From Lama guanicoe (lineage: Eukaryota), in the NCBI GenBank assembly GCA_013239625.1, contig MU054220.1, forward strand, positions 8,033,367-8,097,366: 64,000 nt of DNA, given 5' to 3'. Below, in pieces: positions 39,087 to 51,432 of this stretch. Both the position numbers and the translations under genes were made by a program. The notes under the pieces were generated by a model. That model saw only the letters and a program-made list of their open reading frames with translations, was not told the DNA's origin and did not search any database. Position 1 is the stretch's first letter; each line of letters opens with the position of its first letter.

Positions 39087-40779
39087 GCACTTTAGGTAAA
39101 AGGAGGATGGCTATTCAAAATATAAGAAAACAGAGACACATGCTGTATATCTCCCTCACTAGTGAGATGAAATTCAATTACTTTGCTGCAATAATTAAAG
39201 CTCCATTCTGTATGGCTGGGGAAGAGGGGTGGGGCGGAGGGTCACAAACGAACGTGACTGTCCTGCCAGAGAAAAAAAGGCAGTCAATTGCAATAACGTG
39301 CCCTTGTGCTGATGCAGCTGCTGCCATCTTGGCAAGTGTCCCCACCCACCATCCCACTTCCAAAGGTCTGCAGAAATGAGGACTTCAGCTGCAGTCCCCT
39401 TTGATCCTTATATCTTTTCTCATTTGCCTTCAGGTCTTAATTGGAAAACAGACTTCCGTGGTTTGAGTGGTCAATAATAGAGGTGAAGATCAGGGCAAAG
39501 TTCACATGACCTTACCTTTATACCCTACGGTTATAATTTAACAAGAGTTCTCATGGGAAGTTAATCATTCTTTTGAAACAGGAAGGTGGGCACTTTGGAA
39601 AACGAATGTGTGTATCATGTTATTGTCTCCACTTTATCTCTTGACTGTGACAGAAATGTCCATTGATAAATAAATAAATACATTTAAAGAATTTATTCCA
39701 GTGGATACTTCAAAACATTCAGTAGGATGATGGAAGCTATCTTCTTCTGTCAGTGACTTCCTGTGGGTTTTCAAGATATTATAAACCCCTGAAGTGTCAT
39801 TTTGTGTGCTTTGAGACTATATACTATTCAGAGACAAAACAATTGCCATATGTTACAAAATGATAATAATAGCAAGTGCATATGTTTTCAACAGTTATCC
39901 TTCCATTATCCCGTATTAATGTACAGTTGAGAAAGATCTGATATAAAGACAGAGAGATGCTATGTGCAATTAGACGTTTATCAGTAAAAGAAATAAACAA
40001 AAATAAACCTTGGGTTTAAGGCTGAGACTGTGAACAATTATTTTCTTGCATGTGCAAGCTCTTGTGATGTCTAACATGAAGTTTGAGTTCTTCTTATATC
40101 TACCATATTCGAGGCACATGAAAAGCTAGAAAAATGCCCCCGTACTAATACGTAGTGTGATGAATTGGGCAATACTGCAAACAAACATATATTTTTCCTA
40201 ATAAGTATAAAACTGAAGGATAAGTAGAAATCTGACCGATCAGTGTTTTAGCTAAGAAATTCTGAACGATCTAAATGAATCAGATCTATTTATAAAGAAT
40301 TGTACACTAATATCACACACACACACATATATATACATGGTGTATAATTAAAGAAATATATCTTTAAATAGAAAGAAGATATTAGTAATAAAAAAAGGTG
40401 AAACCATGCTAGATATTCGTCTTATTTTTAAACAAGTACAGTGAATTGTAACTCACAGTTTCGTGACAAGGCTTGCCATTCCTGGGAGCACTGTTCACTA
40501 GAGTGTTTCATAACTAACCTCCTTTCCACTCAGTTTACTATGTATTCTACCCTGGTTTCTGAGGCAACACGGAGAAATTCTACTTTCCTATCAGGATTAA
40601 TATTGATATGTTTCAGCGCCTTATAGGTGCTCTGTCTTGTCTTCAGATCATGTAAACCCAAAGCATAAAATGGTTTTATACCAGAGCTGTTTAAATTGAA
40701 ATGGCTCCTTTGCTGCAGAGGTTGAGAAAAATTCCCTGATTCAGTTCATAAATAAAAGGAGTTTAAAAACAGAAGAGCT

Positions 40780-40990
40780 AAGATTTTTGAAACCCAACAC
40801 TCTGGTTCCTAACTCCATTCTTTTCAAAGCTGCATTATCATTGGAAATATAGCCAATGACTTAATTTCCTCATATGTAAAAATGAGTATGGTAATAGTAT
40901 CTACACACTTAGGATTATTATGAAGACTCAACAAGTTAATCCATGTAATACATACAGTTTCTCACATATAATAAATATTCAAACGTTTTG
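40780..40990 (+). mobile_element. MIR SINE
   Basis: 'tttcctcatatgtaaaaatgag..gtaatagtatctac...taggattattatgaagact...atgtaa'. Confidence 0.7.
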
Positions 40991-41209
40991 TCTATTCTAT
41001 TTGTCATTGCTGTATTATCATTGTCCAAAGAAAAGTAACAAAATGGATGAAGTACAGAAATATTATCCCCCATATGTTTTTAAATTTCCAAAAAGTTAAT
41101 TTAAAATACGTTTTGTTTACAAATTTTGATGAGAAAATAATTATAATTTCATGAAATAAATGGAATAGGTGGATTTAGAATAATTAATGTTTTTTCCACT
41201 TCCTCGTTT

Positions 41210-41565
41210 ATGCCTTGGAGAAGTCTTACTCTATAACTTCACCCAGAATCTCAATTTTTCTGCCTTGATGTTGCTCCACCCTTCTCTAGAATGATGTGCT
41301 CATTTGCATGGTCAGGGTTAGTTTCTCCCCTGATTTATTTTCAAACCTGCATGAACGCAAGAGGCTGCCCTGGGCAAGTGATTCGATTTTGATTAAGTAA
41401 GGTGAAATTTGCCTACACCTGTCATGCCCTTTTTCATTGGCAAGAACTTAGCCACAGGCCACAATCACCTGCAAGAGAAGCTGGGAAATGTAGTCTTTAT
41501 CTGGATGGCTATGGAGTAAGGAAGAATAGGGGAATCAACTGGAGGGGGGACAGCCAGCTTGCACT
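41210..41565 (-). mobile_element. Ancient MLT1 (I/J-like) LTR remnant
   Basis: 'tcattggcaagaacttagccacaggccac...tgcaagagaagctgggaaatgtagtcttta'. Confidence 0.65.
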
Positions 41566-42061
41566 CAGCCAAATTTCCCCATATGAAAAACAGAGCAGCA
41601 ATAGCAATCCTTTGTTGCATATCTACTCTGCTGCTCCTATTCTGGTTCCAATTTGTGTGTTATCTCTAAGCCTCGAAACAACCTGGTAAAAGAGACATCA
41701 GTCAATTACTGATGAAAAAATTCAAATTCAGTACATTAAAATAACTTAAGTAGGCTCAAAGCACATGACACTGCTAGTCTTGGTGTAAAGCAGAAGCAAT
41801 GCTCAATAGAACAAGCCCGAGACATCTGGCTGCCCTGGTGCCCATCATGTATCCACGGCATGGAAGGAGACTGGAGTGGAGTGCCTTCACATTCACATCA
41901 ACATGGGATCAAATGAGTTATATTTTCAACACATGCATTGACTGCCATGAACAATGAATACAGAGATGAATACGTATAGGGTCTGCCCTCAGTATGAGCT
42001 AATGATTGGGCTGTTTAACAAGTAGACTAGTTATATATTTGATTTTCCTGTATTTTATATT

Positions 42062-42076
42062 TGCTCCCTCTGGTGG
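42062..42076 (-). promoter_or_regulatory. Candidate CTCF binding motif
   Basis: Reverse complement CCACCAGAGGGAGCA is a close match to the CTCF core CCASYAGRKGGCRS. Motif match only. Confidence 0.4.
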
Positions 42077-42514
42077 TTGTTTTTATGTCAACTTGATGGA
42101 CCCACCACAGGGTTCTCAGATTAAATACTATTTCTAGGTGTGCATGTGCGGGTGTTTCCAGATAAGACTGGCATTTGAATCGGTGGGCTCAGTAAGGAAA
42201 ATTACCCTTCCCATGTGTGTGGGCATCATACAATCCATTAAAGGCCTGAACAGGACAAGAGGAAGAGGAAGGAGGAATCTGCCCCTTTTTGCTTTCTGCC
42301 TGCCCACTTGAGTTGAGACATCTCGTCTTACCTTCTCCCACTCTCAGACCAGGATTTCTATCATCAGCTCCCCTGGCCCTCCAGCCTTTGTACCTGGACT
42401 GAATTCTATCCCTGTCATTCCTGGGTCCCCAGCTTGCAGATGGCAGATCATGGGACTCTGCAGCCTCCGTAACTCCCACTCGCTCTGCTTCTCTGGAGGA
42501 CCCTGACTAACAGA
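42069..42514 (+). mobile_element. MLT2 (MLT2D-like) ERVL solo LTR
   Basis: 'tggtt..ttttatgtcaacttga...gggtgtttccagat...gtgggcatcat.caatcc...cagcttgcagatggcagatcatggga...tctctggagga.ccctgactaa'; 5-bp TSD CTCCC (42064-68, 42515-19). Confidence 0.9.
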
Positions 42515-44156
42515 CTCCCTTAGCTCAGGACTAATGTGCGTCTCTAGCTTCAGCTCCCTGGCCTTTACAGACTGACCCCTGCAATCAAGACCTTGTTTAG
42601 ATTCGAGGTTTGAGAGAAGAAAACACTCACTTCTATATAGTCATCATCAGTGATTCTGGACATCAGTCTATGCTAAATTGTAGTCACTGGAGATTCCTTT
42701 CAATTAATAGCCACCTCTCGTCATTACTCCTTCCATCACTGGTACTTTGAGCACGTGCCAAGGACCAGTTGCTCTACACAGATGTGGAAAAATGTTTGAA
42801 TGTGAAAAAAAAAAAGTATTCGTTCAGGACAGGAAAAGTATCACTGTATGTTTACCAAAGGTAATGTTTTATCTATCAGATATTTGCACCACAAACCAAC
42901 CCGTACGTAGTTACATATAAATGTTCTTTCCTGGCCACATGAATGCATTTTAATATGCTTAGTATGATTATGAGGTGAGGCTGTAAAATCAAGTAAATAA
43001 AGCTACAGAAATCTTGAAATGGCCCTGCCACTTTCCACTACTGGCAAAAGAGAAGTATTTTTTAAAATACATGAGACAGTGATGGATACAATTAATTAAG
43101 TGCCTGATGTTCCGGAAATTCTGGTCAGTTACTGCTCTGCTTAAAGGAGAATGATGTGTGACACTGAAATTATCCTGAGCTATCAATGAAAGATGGTAAT
43201 ATTTCTTTTAGGGCATAGTAGCCTGGGACGATTTCTGCTGTTAGGGTATTCTAAGCATTCTTTTATTAAATCACTCTGCATCCATGAAAGGAAGGGAGAG
43301 ACGATGGTATGGTAGAAAGGGCAACAAACTGAACTTTGTGGATTTGGGGTTCATATCCCCAAATTCTTATTTTATCCCAGTAATTAACAAGGTCTCTGTT
43401 TGCTCCTCTGTGAAATAAGGACGTTTTACTATATTGAGAGACCTTCTCTTGGAATCCACGTCCTAGGAATAGTCTCTAAGTAATTTGTGAGCATCATTAA
43501 ATTATATGTGCATTTTCTTTTTTTATAAAGAGTATCCATAACTTGAGTATCAGTATCAAAAGAGCTTTGACTCAGAAGAATGCAAGGAGTAGGTGTGAAT
43601 GTGACTTCCTAAGCGTCACATTATGTATGAGTCATTATATTAAAATTCTTTCAATACATATTTAGTGACTGTCATGTTCAAGGAAACACACTCATCTGTG
43701 TTATATTTATGAACAAAGATACCCAGAATGGGACATTGCAGTGGAATATTTTAATGGTTATTTTCTTGTGTTCTCTTTTGAGCTACCTATTTCCATCTAT
43801 TGCGAGGGATAAACTCACAGTTGAACCTCAAACGGCATCCCAGAATATTTATGTCTGTGTGCCTGTGAGCATTCATTCACCTTGTTTGGTGTGCATAGCC
43901 TCAGCGGTGTGTGAGCAGGTGGATTACGTATTTACACCTGGGACAGCTCTGGGGGTGGGGGGGAGGTGTGAAGAGGTCTGCTCCTGTCTCCATCAGCCTG
44001 AGAGACCCGTATGTGCACTTTTAATGTGTGTGCTCATTTGCCCAATATGAGGGGTTGCAGGAGATGGCCTCACAGTTTAATTAGTGAGAAATAGAGACTG
44101 AAGCATTGATTGCTGCCATCTAGGAACTGACAAAGTAGCTTTATACAGAAGGGACA

Positions 44157-44642
44157 TGAAGGGGGGCAGAATATGCCACCCCCAGCTATGCCCCTTTGAC
44201 ATAGGGATTATTTTGAGCTAAAGACACTCGAAAAACAGCAGGTGTAGTAAGGATACTCTGATCTTCCCTCTTCTTCGTGAAAGCAGGAGATAAAAACTGC
44301 CATGTAAAAGATGTTTTCTTTTTACCAGGAGCAAAGAAACATTCTTATCACCAGAGACAGGAAGTTAACGAGGAGAGAAGTCTGTTCAAACAGACCTTGT
44401 TAAACATAACTTATCTTCCCGTAGTCTCCCCATATAGTTCAGTGGTTTCCATATGGCCTCTCTTTGTTCAGCCTAGTATATGGGCACTTAGGTCGAGCCA
44501 CTTCTTAAGGTCTTGATTTTCCTGTGGGGACTCCCCTATACGTGTATGCTTTTCTCCTGTTCAGTCTGGCTTATGTCAATTAGATTCTCAGTCCCAGCTG
44601 GAGACCCAAAAATAATAGTGGTAAAGCTTTGCCTCCTCTACG
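44157..44642 (+). mobile_element. MER34-like ERV1 solo LTR
   Basis: 'tgaagggg..cagaatatgccacccc...ggattattttgagctaaag...tatgcttttctcctgtt...cctcctctac'; 4-bp flanks GACA / GATG. Confidence 0.85.
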
Positions 44643-46779
44643 GATGGAAATAAGTAAAATTTCTGCTACGACTCTTAATGTAACTTGACTTGTATGTGTC
44701 AGCTGTTAAAATGTAGAGAACCTAGTTACAGATTTTGTAGTCTTTTCTCTGCCTTTAAGACCTTTTCTCTTTACTACCAACTAACCTTGATCCTCTTTGA
44801 ATCTGATAAAACCAAGTGATGAGAAAATCATTTGTTCCACCCCCAGTATTTTTTCATTTAGTAGATGAACCTTTGCTAATTTCAAGCTTTTCAAAAAGAA
44901 ACGGCGCCGAAGCTACTAAGTCCGCAAAGATAGATGAACCCAGAAGTATACGTTCTTGTTAAAAAGAAGCAGTTTAAAGTAATTTAAACTCAATACTCAG
45001 AGATTAACTCCAGAAGGAGGACTTTCAGCCTTAAAGCATGCGTTTGATAAGGAAGATTCAAAAGGAGAGGTCACAGTAAATTCATGATCTCTTCCTCCTG
45101 GGCGACAGCGATTTGCACATGGGTAAGATGGGGGCGTAATCTGACCATGGGAGAGACGGGAAAAAACAAGCATATAACCACACAGAACTAGCACCTCACC
45201 ATGCCCTGTTCTCACCAACATCCGGAGAGCCAGGATCATTCTACGTCCCATCTCATATCCAATTTCTCATATCCTATTTTCTTTCATCTTGTTAAGCATT
45301 AGAAAAGAGACCCATCAAATTTGCACCACAGTCTTCTCTTCTCTCTCGTTTTGAAGCAATATAAATAAACTCCCCCTGGGTATTCCATGAGGATTTCAAA
45401 TGTCCCTCTGTTGTGGTAATTATATTAATTTGTGTGACATCCCCTATCGCCCTGCACAACAATCCGTTAGTTAGATTTAGATATTCAGAGCAAAGCCATC
45501 GTGGGCTTTCTACAACTGTGCGCTGCCTGAGGTAATTCAGAAGTCTACCAGAAAGCAGGGGTGACTGGCAACCGGTAAATATGCTGTTGTTCTAGCAGGC
45601 ATTTGCCAGGGAGACGTCTCCGACGGCAATCAAAGTAGTTCAGAGCAAACACTGATACCTGAATAGTTAAAGGCAACCTGGGGGTACAGACCCTTCCCAG
45701 CCTCCCCAAGGACCAACACACTATGAAATAAGAAGGTATTCATTAATGTGACTTGATTTTCTTTGATAAATAATTCTGAATATCTTTTAAGTCCCCTGCT
45801 GGAGTCACTAGGTTTGCAGCCCTCAGCCAGGTGATTGATTCATCAAATCTCTGAAGCCTTTTGGTGAAGTCAGTGACTGCTATCAATAAAGAGACGTTTG
45901 TTACAGGAATAACATCATGTATCATTATTACTATTATTGTTATTATTTCATCTAAGTAACTTGGACAATTCAAGTGGAAGAAAAAATTATTTTCTACACA
46001 GCGGTCAGACCTACTGTCTTTCATCAAATCTTTCAAGCTTACTGCCGGGCTGGTTCTTAGAACCATTATGAGGCCTAAGCCTTGTGTTAGGTAGATTTGT
46101 TTTAGGCAGGAAACATCACTCTATTGTTGAGAAACTTAGGGTTATCGACAAAAAAAAATATCAGACTCCTTTCTGGTTTGTATGGTCAAAGTGCTTTATG
46201 GCACAATTCCAGAGATTTATGCTCTGTCTGCAAGTGACAGTACAAGTTCTGACAACAAATAACCTGCCAAGAATTCCAGTTAGAAGAAGAGGAAATTGAT
46301 ACTGCTCCTCCGTTCTCCATCCCATCTGACAATTATCCCTTCCTCCCCATCTCTCTCAAACCTTGCCATTTCTGTGCAAAACAGGACCACAAAACATATC
46401 AGAATACACTCTTTACCTGTTCTTCTCAAATACCTCTTAACTACTAAGCAATAAGCCAAATGTATGTTCAATAAGCTTAAGTGCTGAATTTAAAAAAATC
46501 AGAAAACTTCCATAGACAATAAAATCCATTAGATACAATTTTAGTTTTTGATATTTCTTCTTGAATATTTCTAATTATTAAGTACTGATAATTTGTGATT
46601 TTTCTGTGTGTGCTATTCCAAAGAAAAAAAAGTACTTATTTTTTAACTGAATAAAACTTATTTTATTTCTCTTTTGTACTCCTTTGTGAATCTAAAAATC
46701 ATTAAGAGGTCATAGTGGACTGTTTTTCTATATCTTGAAATATTACATCATTTAATCATTTTGGGAATTATTTCATTAT

Positions 46780-47050
46780 TATTCATCAATTATTCCTCAT
46801 TAAGATAAAAACCAGCAAGTGGTAGATTGACGGAATTGCCTAGAACAATGATGAAATAGTGAATATTAAGATAGGAGATGGGAACTAGCCAAAGGAAAAA
46901 AAGATTTCCTTTGGAGAAGCTTTCTTCAGGGAGTGGCGTTAAAGTTAGGTGTGTCTGAGCACATAAAAATGAAGGTATTACAGGCAAAGAGACGTGCAGG
47001 CAAGAGACAGGCGCAGAAATGTGCAAACCTCAAAGGTGTGTATAAGGCTT
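46780..47050 (-). mobile_element. Ancient L2 fragment
   Basis: 'ggagaagctttcttcagggag...tctgag...gaagg...aggcaaag...tgcaaac' has the antisense L2 layout. Confidence 0.4.
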
Positions 47051-49257
47051 CATAAGAATTCAATTTGAGAAAACTTCAAAGGAAATCCCGTTCTGCGCAA
47101 ATATTTACAGCTCTATCTTTTTTTTTTTTTTAAAAACAAAACTTGGGTTTAGTGAATTACGACATGGGATTTCCAATTTATGAATCATCAATAAATCTTT
47201 TTCCATCTATTGAGAGATGCTTCATAAAACATCTGCTGAATTGTTCTAGTGAAAAAAATGGAAAGAGGAGTTATTTGGAAAGAAAAAGTTGAGCACAAAC
47301 AGGAAAAAGCACACGAAAGACTTGATGTTGTGACAGAATTATTTTGTCAAAAGGGAGAATGCAACAAATGTGTTTTTTAAAAAGTTGGGACTGCCAACTG
47401 TTATGCAATGACTATGAATGAGAATCTGGTGTTATCAGTTGATAGTGAGAAATTATAACTGAAGCTAAACTTTACAATATCCTATTAGCATTTACTTGCT
47501 ATTATGCTGATATTAGTGGCAGTTTTACTTTGCTATATTGTTGGTAATCTGCATAAGTAAAGGGCTTTATACTTATAATTGTCATTCCAATTACTTGCAT
47601 TTAATATCTGTTATATTATTCAAACTGTCTCATTTTTAATCTTGTTGACATTATGATTATGCCTATCATCAGACACAAAACATCATTACCTTACATAAAC
47701 TACAATGAAACGTCATTTTGACTAAAAACAAATAAAAATTCAATTCACCACCACTATCTGTAGCTGGTTCTCATTTTCTAATAACACATTGTACAACTAA
47801 ATAGTATAATATAGTATGTATAAAATAGAAGGAATACTTTATTAATGTTTAATCTGGGCTGTCAGAGCAGAAGGGAAAAATTCCAAATAAGTTTTCTAAA
47901 ATTAAAGTACATTAAAATTGGACCACTGAATAATTCATTCCATCAAATCAAAAAACAAAAGATTCAGTTAGCAAACATCACATATTATTTATATCCATCT
48001 TCTGTTTTGGGTTTGAATGAGTTCAAAACAGCTGTCCTTGGAAGAGAAGGAAAAGTTTATCAAGAAACTGTCATTAAGATTGGACTCCCTATTCCTGGAT
48101 TACAAAGCTTCGGAGTTCTTTGGAAAGCTACTCTAGCTTTGGAACAACCCTGCCTTTGCTGGCTTTATGGAAAGATCTCGGCAGTGGTTAGACATGCCTC
48201 GGGTTTCACTGTTATTTTCCTCTTTCTTACTGGAAAGTAAAATTCCTCCGTGCAGCCTGAAAGAAGTCTAAAGGTTTTGGTAGGGTTGCATCCAATTCCA
48301 AGGTATATAAGTATGGTGTAGGTAACATATCAAAGAATATTATTCTTCTAGATTTCCATCACTACGTTTGTAGGTACAAGTTTCCAAAAAAATGTTGTTT
48401 TAATGTTAATCCCAAATCTCTCTTGCTGCAATACTTTTTCAATTTGACCCTCTATAGCGTAGTTAAACCAATTTCTCTGTGGTGGAGACTAAAATCAATC
48501 CCCCTAGAATTTGGTAATATTCCTCTTCTTTTATCTCCAACTCTCATACTTTTTATGAAATCACTCTTGTATTAGACTAACCTGACATCAAATTCCTGTT
48601 TTCCCACGTAAGCTTGGTACCTACAAAGTTAATTTATCAGTCTAAGCTTTAAATATTTATTTGTAATATATTGATGTGATATGATATATATGATACAGTA
48701 TAATAAGTATAAGATAGTATATATGAATACATAATATGATAGACACCATACTTAATAAATACAGGGACAGTATCACAGGGTTTTCCCTTAGGTTTAAACT
48801 GTGTAAAAATCTTAATGCAGTGCATGGAAAGTAAGTGCTCAGTACATCTTATTAAGTCTTCTCTTCCTCCTCCTTTACTGACACTCCTCCCACACCCATC
48901 TCCAGCCTCTTTTCCTGGCCGTAAACCTAATATTATTTAATAAACACTGTGCAGGGCAATACTTTAGCTGTTGGGCCAATACTACGGTCACATTTTGTTT
49001 TTGCAAACTGTGCTCATGCTAATATAAATGGAATTTCCAATTTGGGAGTTGAGAGAGATAACTGGACCTATTGGATTCTTGAAGCCTAGATTATCCAGAA
49101 GAGATTGCAAAATAAGGAAGACAGATCAGGAGGAGGTACACAGACAGGAACCATGAAGAACAGTCAGCTCAACAGTCTTGAGAAGTGACAGGAGATGGGG
49201 GTCTGTCAGCCTATGAGCTACCTGGCTGCTACTAACTTCCCTGTAGTATTGCTGGAT

Positions 49258-49400
49258 CTTCTCCCAAGTTTGGAACATCACTGAGAATTACCTGGGGATG
49301 TTCATTAAATTTTGGATTATCAGACACCAACCTAGACTACAAGCTTTGAATCTCTGTGTTTTCAAGAGTTTCCCAGGGAGATTCTTCTGGTAACCAGCCT
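49258..49400. mobile_element. MER5-like hAT-Charlie MITE (duplicate at ~54351-54493)
   Basis: 'gaattacctggggatg...ttaaa...cagac..caacctagac...gaatctctg..ttttcaag..ttcccagg.gattct'. Confidence 0.6.
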
Positions 49401-50629
49401 CTGAGTGCCTCTTCTCCAGACACATCTCTCGGTGAAAACGCTGATGTTTCTCTGGGACAGAAGCAAAGTGTGGACCACTGTGTCTCATTAGGCTTAACTG
49501 AGCTCTACAGTTAACTATTCGGTCCTATACCACTCCCTCCTTTAAGCAGTCTGTTGGCTCTCTAAATGACTCTTTGAAAAATAATATTACTATTCTGTTT
49601 TTTAAACTTAAAGATGTTTTATCTCACCATAAACGACCAAACCTCCGGGGAGAAATGATACAATTACATGTCTGGGGTGGGCATGTCTAAGATGAGCCTG
49701 TAATGCTTTGTCTTACTGTTTCCCAAAGGTTAAAATATTTCAAACATAATAATTGTAATTGATGCAGCACATTGGATTTATAAAAAATCCACATGTTCCT
49801 AATGATACTCAAGAAAAGAGAAAGCAACAAATGTTGTGTATGTGCATGTCTGTTTGTGTACTTGCATCAGCTGTAAGATCAAGGAAGAAAAGTGAAATAG
49901 AGAATTTTCACCTGAACATCCCCTTGATTGTGTTTCTAGTTTAATATGTATTGACTAACAGGAAATCTTACTTCTAGTTACTGGGTTTTTTGGATGGTGT
50001 TCTCTTTGTTTTTTCATCTTCTTTCCAAATGAATAGTTTGAATCTTCTTGTTTTCAGTGATTTCTAATTCCAACCCCTCCCCCCGCCTTTTTTTTCCTAA
50101 GTGCCACAAGTATATCACTCCAAAGCAAGTTGCACTTTTTGGCTACGTGGTCCAACAGCCTCTATTCTGCAACAGGTACAAATTACCGCAGGAACAGACC
50201 AGTCTACCACATTCCATCACTCCTTAGCATTATATCTCCTACATTCTTAGTGTGTCTCTATCATGTTCTAATTTAAGTAAAACAAATACAGAATTCATGG
50301 TTTCCACAGTCATATTTTAATTTAGTATAAAAATAACCCTGATGCTACAAAACTAGTTTCTATCTTAAATCTATTTAACTGTCATGTCAGTTAAATATGC
50401 CATTTACTTTTGTATCAGTTATGTCATTGCCTTGTTTGTCTTAGTATGGACCTAAAAGCTGAGGACATACCCTTTCTGTGGTGGATGGATCATTCAGTGA
50501 ACAAGAGATTAATGTCAGCTTATTACACTAAGAGAAATATCCTTAGTTTCCTTAAGTAATTTATGTATTATAAATAATTTCAATGTAATCAGAAAATTAT
50601 ATTTTATTAGTTATAATTAGAGAGATGAC

Positions 50630-50830
50630 AATAATAATTCTAGGTGATGTTTACTGAGTTTTTTGCATGTGCTAGTAACTGCGTTAAGTTTTACATACAA
50701 TATCTCATCTATAGGGACAGCAATCTTATGATGAGTGGTGAACATCATTTTTTAAAAAGAATTGATAGAAAGTAAAATAATATATAGAATACATAGTCAA
50801 CGGCAGGTCTAGGGTTCTGAAATCATCTAG
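50630..50830 (-). mobile_element. MIR fragment (duplicate at ~55565-55765)
   Basis: 'aataataa...gtttactgagt...atgtgctag.aactgcgttaag.tttacataca.tatctcat'. Confidence 0.6.
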
Positions 50831-51274
50831 AAACTTTCTAATTATCAGAAATTACTACTTTTTTATTAGAAAGTACAAGAGGAAGTTATCAATGCATGCA
50901 TGATAAGATAAAGGAAAATGAACATTTGGATCACTAGGAACCCACATTTGCTTCTTATAAAAAAAGGCTAACTTTTCCTTATGGATTGAGGCAAAACCTG
51001 TAAACATTAAGTCATTTCCTTCAAAAATGCTATGCAAGACTTTATTGACTTCTTGATTTTTATAAGCACTATGATTTCTTCTCAGGTATAATCAGCTAAG
51101 TTTAAAGATACTTGTATTCTGTTGGTATTATCTGTTTGGATAATTAAAACCAAAGTTTGGGAGGAGACAGGAGAAGGAAGGGGGTGCTAGAAATTGGATC
51201 TTAAAGAAGTAAAACTATGTCATTCTTTATTTCCATAAATACATAACAAAAGATTAACAACGACAAATTTAAAC

Positions 51275-51432
51275 AAGAATTTCTCAAAATGTGGTCCTCT
51301 TCTGAGATATTTTAAGATTTCTTAATCTTAAATCAAGCCCTACTAAATCAAAATCACTGAGCTTGGGACCTAGAAGTACAGACTAGTCACACGCACCCCA
51401 GGTAACTCTAATGCATTTGTTTGAGAACTAAC
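51275..51432. mobile_element. MER5-like hAT-Charlie MITE (duplicate at ~56210-56367)
   Basis: 'tttctcaaaatgtggtcc...cctactaaatcaaaa...ccccaggtaactctaatgca..gtttgagaac'. Confidence 0.7.

Noticed and set aside
47845..48240. 131-aa ORF, partly repeated at 53100..53333, suggesting a duplicated gene
   Set aside because: The repetition simply reflects the tandem duplication. The ORF crosses the breakpoint and has no recognisable homology.
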